DNA of 64,000 nt. It comes from Anaerolineae bacterium. Lineage in GTDB: Bacteria; Chloroflexota; Anaerolineae; Aggregatilineales; Phototrophicaceae. A program made the translations under genes and the position numbers. Shown piece after piece: positions 56,378 through 64,000 of this stretch. The DNA lies in contig DAOUJM010000014.1 in NCBI GenBank assembly GCA_034422695.1, positions 303,482-367,481 of the forward strand, written 5' to 3'. The notes under the pieces were generated by a model that ran no database searches, was not told the DNA's origin, and saw nothing but the letters and a program-made list of their open reading frames with translations. Within the stretch, counting starts at the first letter, position 1. Each line of letters starts with the position of its first letter.

Positions 56378-56661
56378 GTCTCGATCGTCTCCAGCTTTTC
56401 GAAAATGTATTCGTTCTTCTTGAACGAGGTGGTGTATTCCATCCCCGGGTAGGGCGGGATGAGTTGCGGAAACTGGATGACGCGCCAGCCGTCCAGCAGG
56501 GCTTCCATGCCGGTGGCGTAGGGCCGTTCGTCGCTGTCACCGGTGGTGTGATGCTCGCGGCCGGTGCCGTCGTACATGGTCCAGCCCTTGACGTCGCTAT
56601 CAAGGGCCGAGGTACCGAGGTAGAGAATCAGGATTTTTTGCCGTTGTTGCGCCGCTGCCAT
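56374..56661 (-). CDS. Hypothetical 95-aa protein, 4-nt overlap with the downstream PhyH gene
   Basis: The ORF sits at the head of the operon and its stop overlaps the PhyH ATG. No recognisable domain. Confidence 0.45.
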   Translation of the reverse strand: MAAAQQRQKILILYLGTSALDSDVKGWTMYDGTGREHHTTGDSDERPYATGMEALLDGWRVIQFPQLIPPYPGMEYTTSFKKNEYIFEKLETIET

Positions 56662-56773
56662 CTGGCCTCCCCCGCGCGCTGTTCATGTGGCTGCAAATGC
56701 GCATGCCACGCGGACCCACAACTGCGAACTGTAGCATCTGGCTACCTGGTTCACAAGCATCGGGAGCGCGAAC

Positions 56774-57718
56774 TCAGCGCCATGAACCGGGAGCGCCGGG
56801 CAGGGGCGCAGCGGCGTCCACCAGACCGGTCTCGACGAGTTCCTGCCAGAATGCTGCCGGGATTTCAACCTCCAGGGCCGCCAGGTTGTCGGCGACCTGG
56901 GGGACGCGGTCCGCGCCGATGATCAGGGAGTTATAAGCCGGGTGCGCCTGCACGAACTGGACGGCAGCGGCATTCAGCGGTACCTGATGACGCACGCAAA
57001 TGGCCTCCAGTTCACGGGCCTTGGCGCGGATGTGGGGCGGCGCCACTTCGTAGTTGTAGCGGGCCACCTCACTGTCGCCGGTGGCCAGGATGCCGCTGTT
57101 GAAAATGCCGCCGGCGAAAACGCCGATACCGCGGTCCTGCCACTCCTGCAATGCCCCGAGGGAGGTCTGTTCCAGCAGGGTATAGCGGCCGGCCAGCAGG
57201 AAGCAGTCGAAGTCTCCGGCGCGGGAGAAGTCCAGCTCCATTTCCCACTCGTTCATGCCGGCGCCGATGGCGCTGACGACTCCCTGACTGCGCAATTCGT
57301 CCAGTACCGGGTAGCCCTCGTGCAGGGCCTCCTCGTACTTGTCTTCCACGTCCGGGTCGTGAATGTGAAGAATGTCGACCCGGTCCAGTCTGAGCGCGTT
57401 CAGGCTGTTTTCGAGGCTGCGCAGGACGCCATCGCGCGTGTAATCGAAGATGAAGCCGCCCTGGCCATCCGGCAGGCGTCCGATCTTGGTGGCCAGGACG
57501 TAGCTGTCACGCGGCACGCCCTGCAGCGCCTCGCCCATGTACGCTTCGGACTTGTACAGGGGGGCGGTATCGAGAAATTCGATGCCGAGTTCCAGCGCAC
57601 TGTGCACGATGCCAATGGCCTCGTCCCTGCCGTTCTTGCCGATGTGCGCGCAACCCAGCGCAACGCGCGGCACTTCCAGGCCGGTTTTCCCGACCGTACT
57701 ACGTGGAAAGACAGTCAT
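56774..57718 (-). CDS. Aldo/keto reductase
   Basis: LGCAHIG...FLDTAPLYK...ATKIGR pattern. Start at the ATG at 57718 (314 aa). Confidence 0.8.
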   Translation of the reverse strand: MTVFPRSTVGKTGLEVPRVALGCAHIGKNGRDEAIGIVHSALELGIEFLDTAPLYKSEAYMGEALQGVPRDSYVLATKIGRLPDGQGGFIFDYTRDGVLRSLENSLNALRLDRVDILHIHDPDVEDKYEEALHEGYPVLDELRSQGVVSAIGAGMNEWEMELDFSRAGDFDCFLLAGRYTLLEQTSLGALQEWQDRGIGVFAGGIFNSGILATGDSEVARYNYEVAPPHIRAKARELEAICVRHQVPLNAAAVQFVQAHPAYNSLIIGADRVPQVADNLAALEVEIPAAFWQELVETGLVDAAAPLPGAPGSWR

Positions 57719-57830
57719 CGGATCTCCTGAAATGGATCGGAACAGTCCCGATACCACATTATGAATCAGCGTGTGAACTGATGCCACATGCCCGCGAACA
57801 TTAGCGCCGGCTGAGTACGCCGGGTGGTAC

Positions 57831-57859
57831 TTGATAAAGTGCAGGGCTGATTCTATGCT
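57831..57859 (+). promoter_or_regulatory. Candidate sigma70-type promoter for the ABC exporter pair (TTGATA, 17-nt spacer, TATGCT)
   Basis: Read directly: TTGATA 57831-57836 and TATGCT 57854-57859, about 115 nt upstream of the ATG at 57975. Confidence 0.4.
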
Positions 57860-57974
57860 GGGCTGGCAGTGTGGCCGGGAATCCATCGAACTCTGGCCAG
57901 GGAGAGCCACCTTGCGACCCAGGGCAGGAAACAACAGAAAACGGGGCCAGGCAGGCGGTCGACCGCCGGTCGAC

Positions 57975-59825
57975 ATGGCCGGTCTGCGCCGGGCGATCGG
58001 CTATCTCGGGCGGCAACGGCGAACGGCTGCGCTGGCCTATGGCGCGCTGGTCGTCGCCACCCTGGCGCAACTGGCGGTGCCGCGCCTGGTGCAAAACATG
58101 GTCAACGCCGTCACCGACGGCGTGACCGCCAACCAGGTGCTGTCGCTGCCGGAATTCGTACAGGGCGCCACCGCCCAGCTGATGGGCAGCAGCATCGACG
58201 ACCTGAAACTGACGGCAGATATTGCAGAATCGCTGCTGATCAATGGCGTGGCGGCCATCATCATTTTTGCCGTGTTGCGCGCCGTCTTTGCCTTCATCCA
58301 GACCTATATGGCGGAGGCCACCTCCCAGGGAGCGGCCTTTGACCTGCGCAACGACATCTTCTCCAGATTGCAACGCCTGTCGTTCAGCTATTACGACCGA
58401 ACGCAGACCGGTCAGTTGATGATTCGGGCGACGGATGACGTGGAGAAGGTACGTCTTTTCATCGCCCAGGGGCTCATCCTTGCGGTGCAGGCCTTCCTGC
58501 TGCTGATCGCCACCTTGCTGATACTGCTGACGACCAACTGGCAGTTGACCCTCTCCATCCTGCCGATCCTGCCGGTGACGATCGTGCTCTTCGCGATCTT
58601 CGGCCGGATCGCGCAGCCCCTGTTCGAAAGGGCCCAGCGTCTGCTGGCCGGGCTGAACACCGTGCTGCAGGAAAACGTGGCCGGCATCCGGGTGGTCAAG
58701 TCCTTTGTGCGCGAGGGGCGGGAACAGGAACGCTTCAATGAAGCCACCAACGTCCTGATGGCGCAACGGCTGCACATCAGCCGCACCTTTTCCGTCCTGT
58801 TCCCGGTGATCTTTTTGCTGGCCAACGTCGGCCAGGTGATCGTGCTGTATTTCGCCGGGCGCCAGATCATCCCGGGCATCATCGGGCTGGGCGAATACCA
58901 GTCCTTTTCGCTGTACCTGATCTACATCTTCTTTCCGCTGGGCCAGCTGGGATTCATCATTTCGCTGATGGCCCAGGCGGCGGCGTCGGCGACGCGCATC
59001 TTCGAAATCCTGGATACTGAAAGCGAGGTGCGCAACCGTCCGGGCGCCGACGATCTGCCGCCCATCACCGGTGCCGTGGAATTTGAGGACGTCACTTTCC
59101 GCTATTTCGAATCTGGCGAGAACGTGCTGGATACCGTCAGCTTTCGGGCGGAAGCCGGCCAGACCATCGCCCTGCTGGGGGCGACCGGCAGTGGCAAGAC
59201 GACCATCATCAATCTGATACCGCGCTTTTACGACGTGACGGAAGGCGCGGTGCACATCGATGGTGTGGACATCCGCGACGTCACGCTGGACAGCCTGCGC
59301 TCACAAATCGGCATCGTGCTGCAGGAGACCAACCTCTTCAGTGGCAGCATTCACGACAACATCGCCTTTGGCCGGCCGGATGCCACGACAGACGAGGTTG
59401 AAGCGGCCGCCCGCGCCGCTGCTGCGCACGACTTCATCATGGACTTTCCAGGCGGCTATGCGACTTCTGTCGGTGAACGGGGCGCCACCCTTTCCGGCGG
59501 ACAAAAGCAGCGCATCGCCATCGCGCGGGCGCTGTTACTCGATCCACAGCTGCTGATTCTGGACGATTCCACCAGCGCGGTGGATTTCGCCACCGAGCGG
59601 CGCATTCAGGCGGCGCTGGACAATCTCATGCGCGGCCGCACCAGTTTCGTCATTGCGCAGCGCATCAGCACGGTGCTGGGCGCCGACCTGATCATTGTGC
59701 TGGAGCGCGGATCGGTGGCGGCCATGGGCACTCATGCGGAACTGATGGAGACCAGCGCCATCTACGCAGAAATCTACAACTCCCAGCTGGTCGAGGACGT
59801 AAGCGCGGAGGCCGCCGGCGCATGA
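57975..59825 (+). CDS. ABC exporter, fused permease/ATPase (MdlA-like half transporter)
   Basis: Six-TM-like N-terminal half, Walker A GATGSGKTT, signature LSGGQKQR, Walker B LLILDD. Confidence 0.85.
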   Translation: MAGLRRAIGYLGRQRRTAALAYGALVVATLAQLAVPRLVQNMVNAVTDGVTANQVLSLPEFVQGATAQLMGSSIDDLKLTADIAESLLINGVAAIIIFAVLRAVFAFIQTYMAEATSQGAAFDLRNDIFSRLQRLSFSYYDRTQTGQLMIRATDDVEKVRLFIAQGLILAVQAFLLLIATLLILLTTNWQLTLSILPILPVTIVLFAIFGRIAQPLFERAQRLLAGLNTVLQENVAGIRVVKSFVREGREQERFNEATNVLMAQRLHISRTFSVLFPVIFLLANVGQVIVLYFAGRQIIPGIIGLGEYQSFSLYLIYIFFPLGQLGFIISLMAQAAASATRIFEILDTESEVRNRPGADDLPPITGAVEFEDVTFRYFESGENVLDTVSFRAEAGQTIALLGATGSGKTTIINLIPRFYDVTEGAVHIDGVDIRDVTLDSLRSQIGIVLQETNLFSGSIHDNIAFGRPDATTDEVEAAARAAAAHDFIMDFPGGYATSVGERGATLSGGQKQRIAIARALLLDPQLLILDDSTSAVDFATERRIQAALDNLMRGRTSFVIAQRISTVLGADLIIVLERGSVAAMGTHAELMETSAIYAEIYNSQLVEDVSAEAAGA

Positions 59826-61741
59826 TGGGCATGGACGGCGGTCGCCGTCTCTTCGAACGGGAAACGCTGAAACCGAAGGATCTGCGCGAGACGCTGGGTC
59901 GCTTCGCCAGCTATTTTCGACGCCACTGGCCTGGCCTGGCCCTGGCGCTGGTGCTGATCACGGGCCAGTCCTGGACCCAGGTGGTTTCCCCGGAACTGAT
60001 CGGTCAGGCGGTGGACTGCTATCTGTTCCCGCGCGACGTGTCGTTTTGCTGGTTCAGTGAGATAACGCAAGACATGGACCAGGAAACGCGGCTGGAGGGG
60101 CTGGGCTCCCTGGTGCTGTTGTTAATCGCGATCAACGTGGCGGGCTCGGTTCTGGCCGGCCTCGCCTTTTACGCCATGTCCTGGACCGGGCAACACGTAT
60201 TGCGCCAGATGCGGCAGGACCTGTTGCGTCACCTGCACCGGCTTTCCATGGGCTTCTATGCACGCAACGAGGCCGGCGACCTGATGAGCCGCGTCACCAA
60301 CGACTCGGACACCATCGAACAGGCCTTCAGCTTCGCGTTGATGCAGGTGATTTCCGGCGCGCTGGTCATCGTCTGGATCATGGTGCGCATGCTGGAGACC
60401 AACGTGACCTACGCGCTCGTCAGTCTGGCAATCGTGCCGGTCATGGCCATCGCCACCGTCTATTTCTCCAGCCAGGCGCGCAAGGCCTTCCGGCAGGCGC
60501 GCCTGGAGATGGGCTCGGTGAACGCCGACCTGCAGGAAAGCATCGCCGGCGCGCGCGAGGCCCAGGCCTTTAACCGCGAGGACGAAACCATCGCGGAGTT
60601 CGAACGTTCCAACGCCGCCAATCGCGAGGCCAACATTCGCGCCGCCGCCTTCACCAGCGCCCTGGGGCCCGTGCTGGAAGCGCTGGGCTTCGTCGCCCTG
60701 GGCATCGTGGTGCTGGCGGGCGGCGTCGCCGTGCTGCGTGACGAACCGCTGCTGGGCGGGTCGGCCATTTCGCTGGGCACCGTCTTCGCCTTCGTGGCCT
60801 TTTCGCAACGCTTCAGTCAGCCAATTCAGCAGATCGCCATCCTGTGGACCAACGTGCAGAGCGCCATTGCCGGTGGCGAGCGCATCTTCGGCCTGATGGA
60901 CGAAGAGGTCGAAATCGTCGATCGGCCAGGCGCCATGCCCATGCCGCCCATTCGGGGCGAAGTCCGCTTCGAGGGCGTTGGAGCCGAGTACGTGGCCGGC
61001 GAGCCGGTGTTGAAGGACGTCAGTTTCGGCGCCATGCCGGGCGAGACCCTGGCGATCGTCGGCCCGACCGGTGCCGGCAAGACCACCATCATCAATTTGC
61101 TGCCGCGTTTTTACGACGTCAGCGCCGGGTCGGTCAGCATTGACGGCCACGACGTGCGCGATGTTCAGGTCGGCAGCCTGCGCGAGCAAATCGGCATCGT
61201 GTTGCAGGACACCTTTCTGTTCTCTGATTCAGTGATGAACAACATTCGCTATGGCCGACCGGACGCCAGTGATGAAGACGTGATCGCGGCGGCCCGGCTG
61301 GTAGCCGCCGACAGTTTTATCGAACGGCTGCCGGACGGCTACGAGACTGTGCTGGGCGAGCGGGGCAGCGGGCTCAGTCAGGGACAGCGTCAACTCATCG
61401 CCATCGCGCGCGCGGCGCTGATGAGCCCCCGCATCCTCATTCTGGATGAAGCGACTTCCAGTGTGGATACGCGCACCGAGCGGCTCATCCAGAACGCCTT
61501 TGAGCGCCTGCTGGAAGGCCGCACCAGCTTCGTCATTGCGCACCGGCTGAGCACGATCCGCAACGCCGACCAGGTGCTGCTGCTGCAGGACGGGCGCATC
61601 ACCGAACGCGGTACGCACCGCGAACTGCTGGCGCACGAGGGCGCCTATCACGCGCTTTACATGAGCCAGTTCCGCGAGGAAGACGAGGCGGTCGTCAGCA
61701 GCAACGGACGCCTTGCCGAAGGGACGGCCGGCGCCGGCTGA
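59822..61741 (+). CDS. ABC exporter, fused permease/ATPase (MdlB-like half transporter)
   Basis: Walker A GPTGAGKTT, signature LSQGQRQL, Walker B ILILDE. ATGA overlap with the upstream gene. Confidence 0.85.
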   Translation: MMGMDGGRRLFERETLKPKDLRETLGRFASYFRRHWPGLALALVLITGQSWTQVVSPELIGQAVDCYLFPRDVSFCWFSEITQDMDQETRLEGLGSLVLLLIAINVAGSVLAGLAFYAMSWTGQHVLRQMRQDLLRHLHRLSMGFYARNEAGDLMSRVTNDSDTIEQAFSFALMQVISGALVIVWIMVRMLETNVTYALVSLAIVPVMAIATVYFSSQARKAFRQARLEMGSVNADLQESIAGAREAQAFNREDETIAEFERSNAANREANIRAAAFTSALGPVLEALGFVALGIVVLAGGVAVLRDEPLLGGSAISLGTVFAFVAFSQRFSQPIQQIAILWTNVQSAIAGGERIFGLMDEEVEIVDRPGAMPMPPIRGEVRFEGVGAEYVAGEPVLKDVSFGAMPGETLAIVGPTGAGKTTIINLLPRFYDVSAGSVSIDGHDVRDVQVGSLREQIGIVLQDTFLFSDSVMNNIRYGRPDASDEDVIAAARLVAADSFIERLPDGYETVLGERGSGLSQGQRQLIAIARAALMSPRILILDEATSSVDTRTERLIQNAFERLLEGRTSFVIAHRLSTIRNADQVLLLQDGRITERGTHRELLAHEGAYHALYMSQFREEDEAVVSSNGRLAEGTAGAG

Positions 61742-61749
61742 GCCTCCCG

Positions 61750-63339
61750 TCAGTCCAGCGCGGCGCGGGTGTATTCGCCGTTGACCAGTCGCATAATCCC
61801 CTGCGGATTGCTGTCCCGCAGCGCCTCGGGCAGCAGGGCGTCCGGTACGTCCTGCCAGGCCAGGGGTCGCATGAAGCGCCTGATTGCGCTCACTCCCACC
61901 GAGGTCGTCGCCGGGGCGCTGGTGGCCGGCCAGGGGCCGCCGTGCTGCATGGCCGCCGTGACTTCCACGCCGGTCGGGAAACCATTCCATATCAGGCGCC
62001 CAACCTTCTCACGCAGGGCGTCCACCAGGGGACGGATGCTCTCCCCTTCGTTTGCGCCGCAGTGAATGCTGCCGGTCAACTGACCCGCCAGTGAACGGAT
62101 GACCCTGTGCAACTCCCCGTCGTCGGCGCAGGTGACGAGGAAGGTCACCGGTCCGAAGTGCTCTTCCTGCAGTTCAGCGTTCGCCAGGAAGGTCGCCGCG
62201 TCCGTTTGCAGCACGGTGTGGGGGAAGCAGAAACCCGTGATTTGCGCGGGCTTCGCGCCCCTGTCTGTTTGTACCGCTGCCACGGCGGCGCTGCGCTCTA
62301 CCGTCTGCTGCAGACCGCGTTCCACGGCGCCGTTCAACAGGATGCCGGGCTCGATGGCCAGCATCACCTTGCGATAGTCGGCGATGAAGCCGCTGGCGGC
62401 TGCGCCGGCCGGCAGCAGGACCAGTCCCGGATTGGTGCAAAACTGACCGGCGCCCAGGGTCGCCGAGCCCGCCAGCCCGCGCGCCAGTTGCGCAGCCCGT
62501 TCTGCCAGCGCGCCGGCGGTGATGACCAGCGGGTTGATGCTGCCCATTTCGGCGAAGACCGGGACGGGGCGGGGGCGACGGGCCGCGACGTCGTGCAGGG
62601 CGCGACCGCCGCGCAGGGAGCCAGTGAAAGCGACCGCCTCCAGCAAGGGATGTTCGACCAGCCGGCGCCCCACCTCGTGGCCGTCTCCCTGCACCAGGGA
62701 AAAGAAACCGGGCGGAAAGCCGCAGGCGCTGACGGCGGCATTGACCGCCTGGGCGAACATTTCGCTGGTCGCCGGGTGACCCGGATGCCCCTTGGCGATG
62801 ACCGGGCAGCCGGCCGCGAAGGCCGCGGCGCTGTCCCCGCCGGCGATGGCAAAGGCGAAGGGAAAGTTGCTGGCGGAAAAGACGGCCACCGGTCCCAGCG
62901 GCAGCAGCAGGCGGCGGATATCCGGTCGCGGCAGGGGCTGCCTGTCCGGCAACGCCGTATCAATAACGGCGTCGACATACGAGCCTTCGCGCAGCAGGGC
63001 CGAAAAGGCGCGCAACTGGCCCGTCGTGCGCGCCAGCTCGCCGGTCAAACGCAGGTTTCCCAGCGCGGTTTCCGTATCGGCCGTGGCGATCAATGCGTCG
63101 GCGCGGGACTCGATTTCTTCGGCCAGGGTATCCAGGAAATCCGCCAGGGAGGTCGCGGGAAACAGTCGCGTGACTGCGAAGGCGTCCGCCGCCGCCCGGA
63201 CCGCCGCGTCCACCTCGTCCCGGGTCGCGTTGTGAAAATCGACGTCGCCTGGCTGACGTGTGCGAGGGTCTACACTGTGAAACGTACTTGTGCCTGTCGC
63301 GCGCCATTCACCGGCGATGCTGTTCCTGCCTGATATCAC
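61750..63339 (-). CDS. Aldehyde dehydrogenase, 2,5-dioxovalerate (alpha-ketoglutaric semialdehyde) dehydrogenase-like
   Basis: About 529 aa, with FTGS, EMGSINP and GQFCTNPG (catalytic Cys) motifs. Confidence 0.7.
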   Translation of the reverse strand: MISGRNSIAGEWRATGTSTFHSVDPRTRQPGDVDFHNATRDEVDAAVRAAADAFAVTRLFPATSLADFLDTLAEEIESRADALIATADTETALGNLRLTGELARTTGQLRAFSALLREGSYVDAVIDTALPDRQPLPRPDIRRLLLPLGPVAVFSASNFPFAFAIAGGDSAAAFAAGCPVIAKGHPGHPATSEMFAQAVNAAVSACGFPPGFFSLVQGDGHEVGRRLVEHPLLEAVAFTGSLRGGRALHDVAARRPRPVPVFAEMGSINPLVITAGALAERAAQLARGLAGSATLGAGQFCTNPGLVLLPAGAAASGFIADYRKVMLAIEPGILLNGAVERGLQQTVERSAAVAAVQTDRGAKPAQITGFCFPHTVLQTDAATFLANAELQEEHFGPVTFLVTCADDGELHRVIRSLAGQLTGSIHCGANEGESIRPLVDALREKVGRLIWNGFPTGVEVTAAMQHGGPWPATSAPATTSVGVSAIRRFMRPLAWQDVPDALLPEALRDSNPQGIMRLVNGEYTRAALD

Positions 63340-64000
63340 CTGGACTGCTCCTTCTCCGAAGATTCATGCTGCCGGCCATTGAGCGCCTGGCGGCCCGCCT
63401 CCAGCACTTCGATGATGCGCTCGCTATCGTAAACGCAGCCCGCCCAGGTGCCGCCGCTGACGGCCTGCAGCGCCGCCCACAAGCGTGTGTCGGCGGGCAA
63501 CTGTGGATGCGGCGCCAGTCCCGGATGCCTGGGTCTGCCGTCCAGCAACTCGCGCGCGTCCTGACGGGTAAGCGGGCCATCTGGCGTACCCACCAGGTCG
63601 ACGCTGCCTGCCAGCGAGTCCCGGTCGATGCGTATGGCGACGAGGTCTCCGTCGCGCAGTTTACCGATGGGGCCACCGGCCAGGGCCTCGGGGCCGACGT
63701 GGCCGACGCAGGCGCCGGTGGAAACGCCGGAAAAACGCGCGTCCGTCAACAGGGGAACGTGCTTACCCCATGGCAGAAACTTCAGCGCGGAGGTGAGCTG
63801 GTAGGTCTCTTCCATCCCGGTGCCGGCCGGGCCGATGCCGATCACGACCAACACGTCGCCGGCCTCCACCTTGCGCCCGGACAGTCCCTTGATGGCGGCG
63901 ATCGCCTCCTGCTCGGAGGCGAAAACGCGCGCCGGCCCGCAGTGGCGGTAGACGCCGTCGTCGTCGACCAGTTCAGGATCGATGGCGGTGGCCTTGACCA
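63336..64000 (-). CDS. IlvD/Edd family dehydratase (sugar-acid dehydratase-like), C-terminal part; N-terminus lies beyond the window
   Basis: The frame is open to nt 64000 (my hand translation gives ...[32 protein letters not shown]...). LLTDARFSG motif is present. 4-nt overlap with the ALDH start. Confidence 0.8.
   Translation of the reverse strand, partial: VKATAIDPELVDDDGVYRHCGPARVFASEQEAIAAIKGLSGRKVEAGDVLVVIGIGPAGTGMEETYQLTSALKFLPWGKHVPLLTDARFSGVSTGACVGHVGPEALAGGPIGKLRDGDLVAIRIDRDSLAGSVDLVGTPDGPLTRQDARELLDGRPRHPGLAPHPQLPADTRLWAALQAVSGGTWAGCVYDSERIIEVLEAGRQALNGRQHESSEKEQSR

Overview
GC-rich (mid-60s % by eye) bacterial chromosomal segment, densely coding with about 55 genes on both strands. 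I saw no rRNA, tRNA, CRISPR array, transposase or integrase. Most of it is housekeeping: aspA (5' partial), gyrA, relA/spoT, rpoC, prfB, ftsY, moaC, a moaD-moaE fusion, moeA, fabF, rnc, miaA, hppA. There are also four tandem M42 aminopeptidase paralogs, a mevalonate-pathway cluster (class II HMG-CoA reductase, archaeal-type HMG-CoA synthase, DUF35), a large sugar/sugar-acid oxidation cluster (46.7-57.7 kb and 61.7-64 kb) and an ABC exporter pair. Gene content would fit a Chloroflexota-like organism, but that is inference only. The stand-out is a gene-sized, strongly AT-rich island (about 41319-42870) inside the mevalonate operon. It encodes one 484-aa protein, a beta-class N6/N4 DNA methyltransferase fused to a C-terminal Mrr-like PD-(D/E)xK nuclease domain. 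Its ATG overlaps the HMG-CoA reductase stop in an ATGA junction, and the last ~26 reductase codons are themselves AT-rich. Other points worth a second look: a perfect Cheo-type LexA box just downstream of a TATAAT in the gyrA leader; a 56-bp tandem repeat in the ftsY/moaC divergent region; a recurring 17-bp motif upstream of two mevalonate genes; a split, Cys-less DUF35; rpoC not preceded by rpoB and carrying a 90-bp in-frame duplication; MoaD-MoaE and MtaD-CYTH fusions. Many long antisense ORFs in the track are GC-composition artefacts and were rejected.
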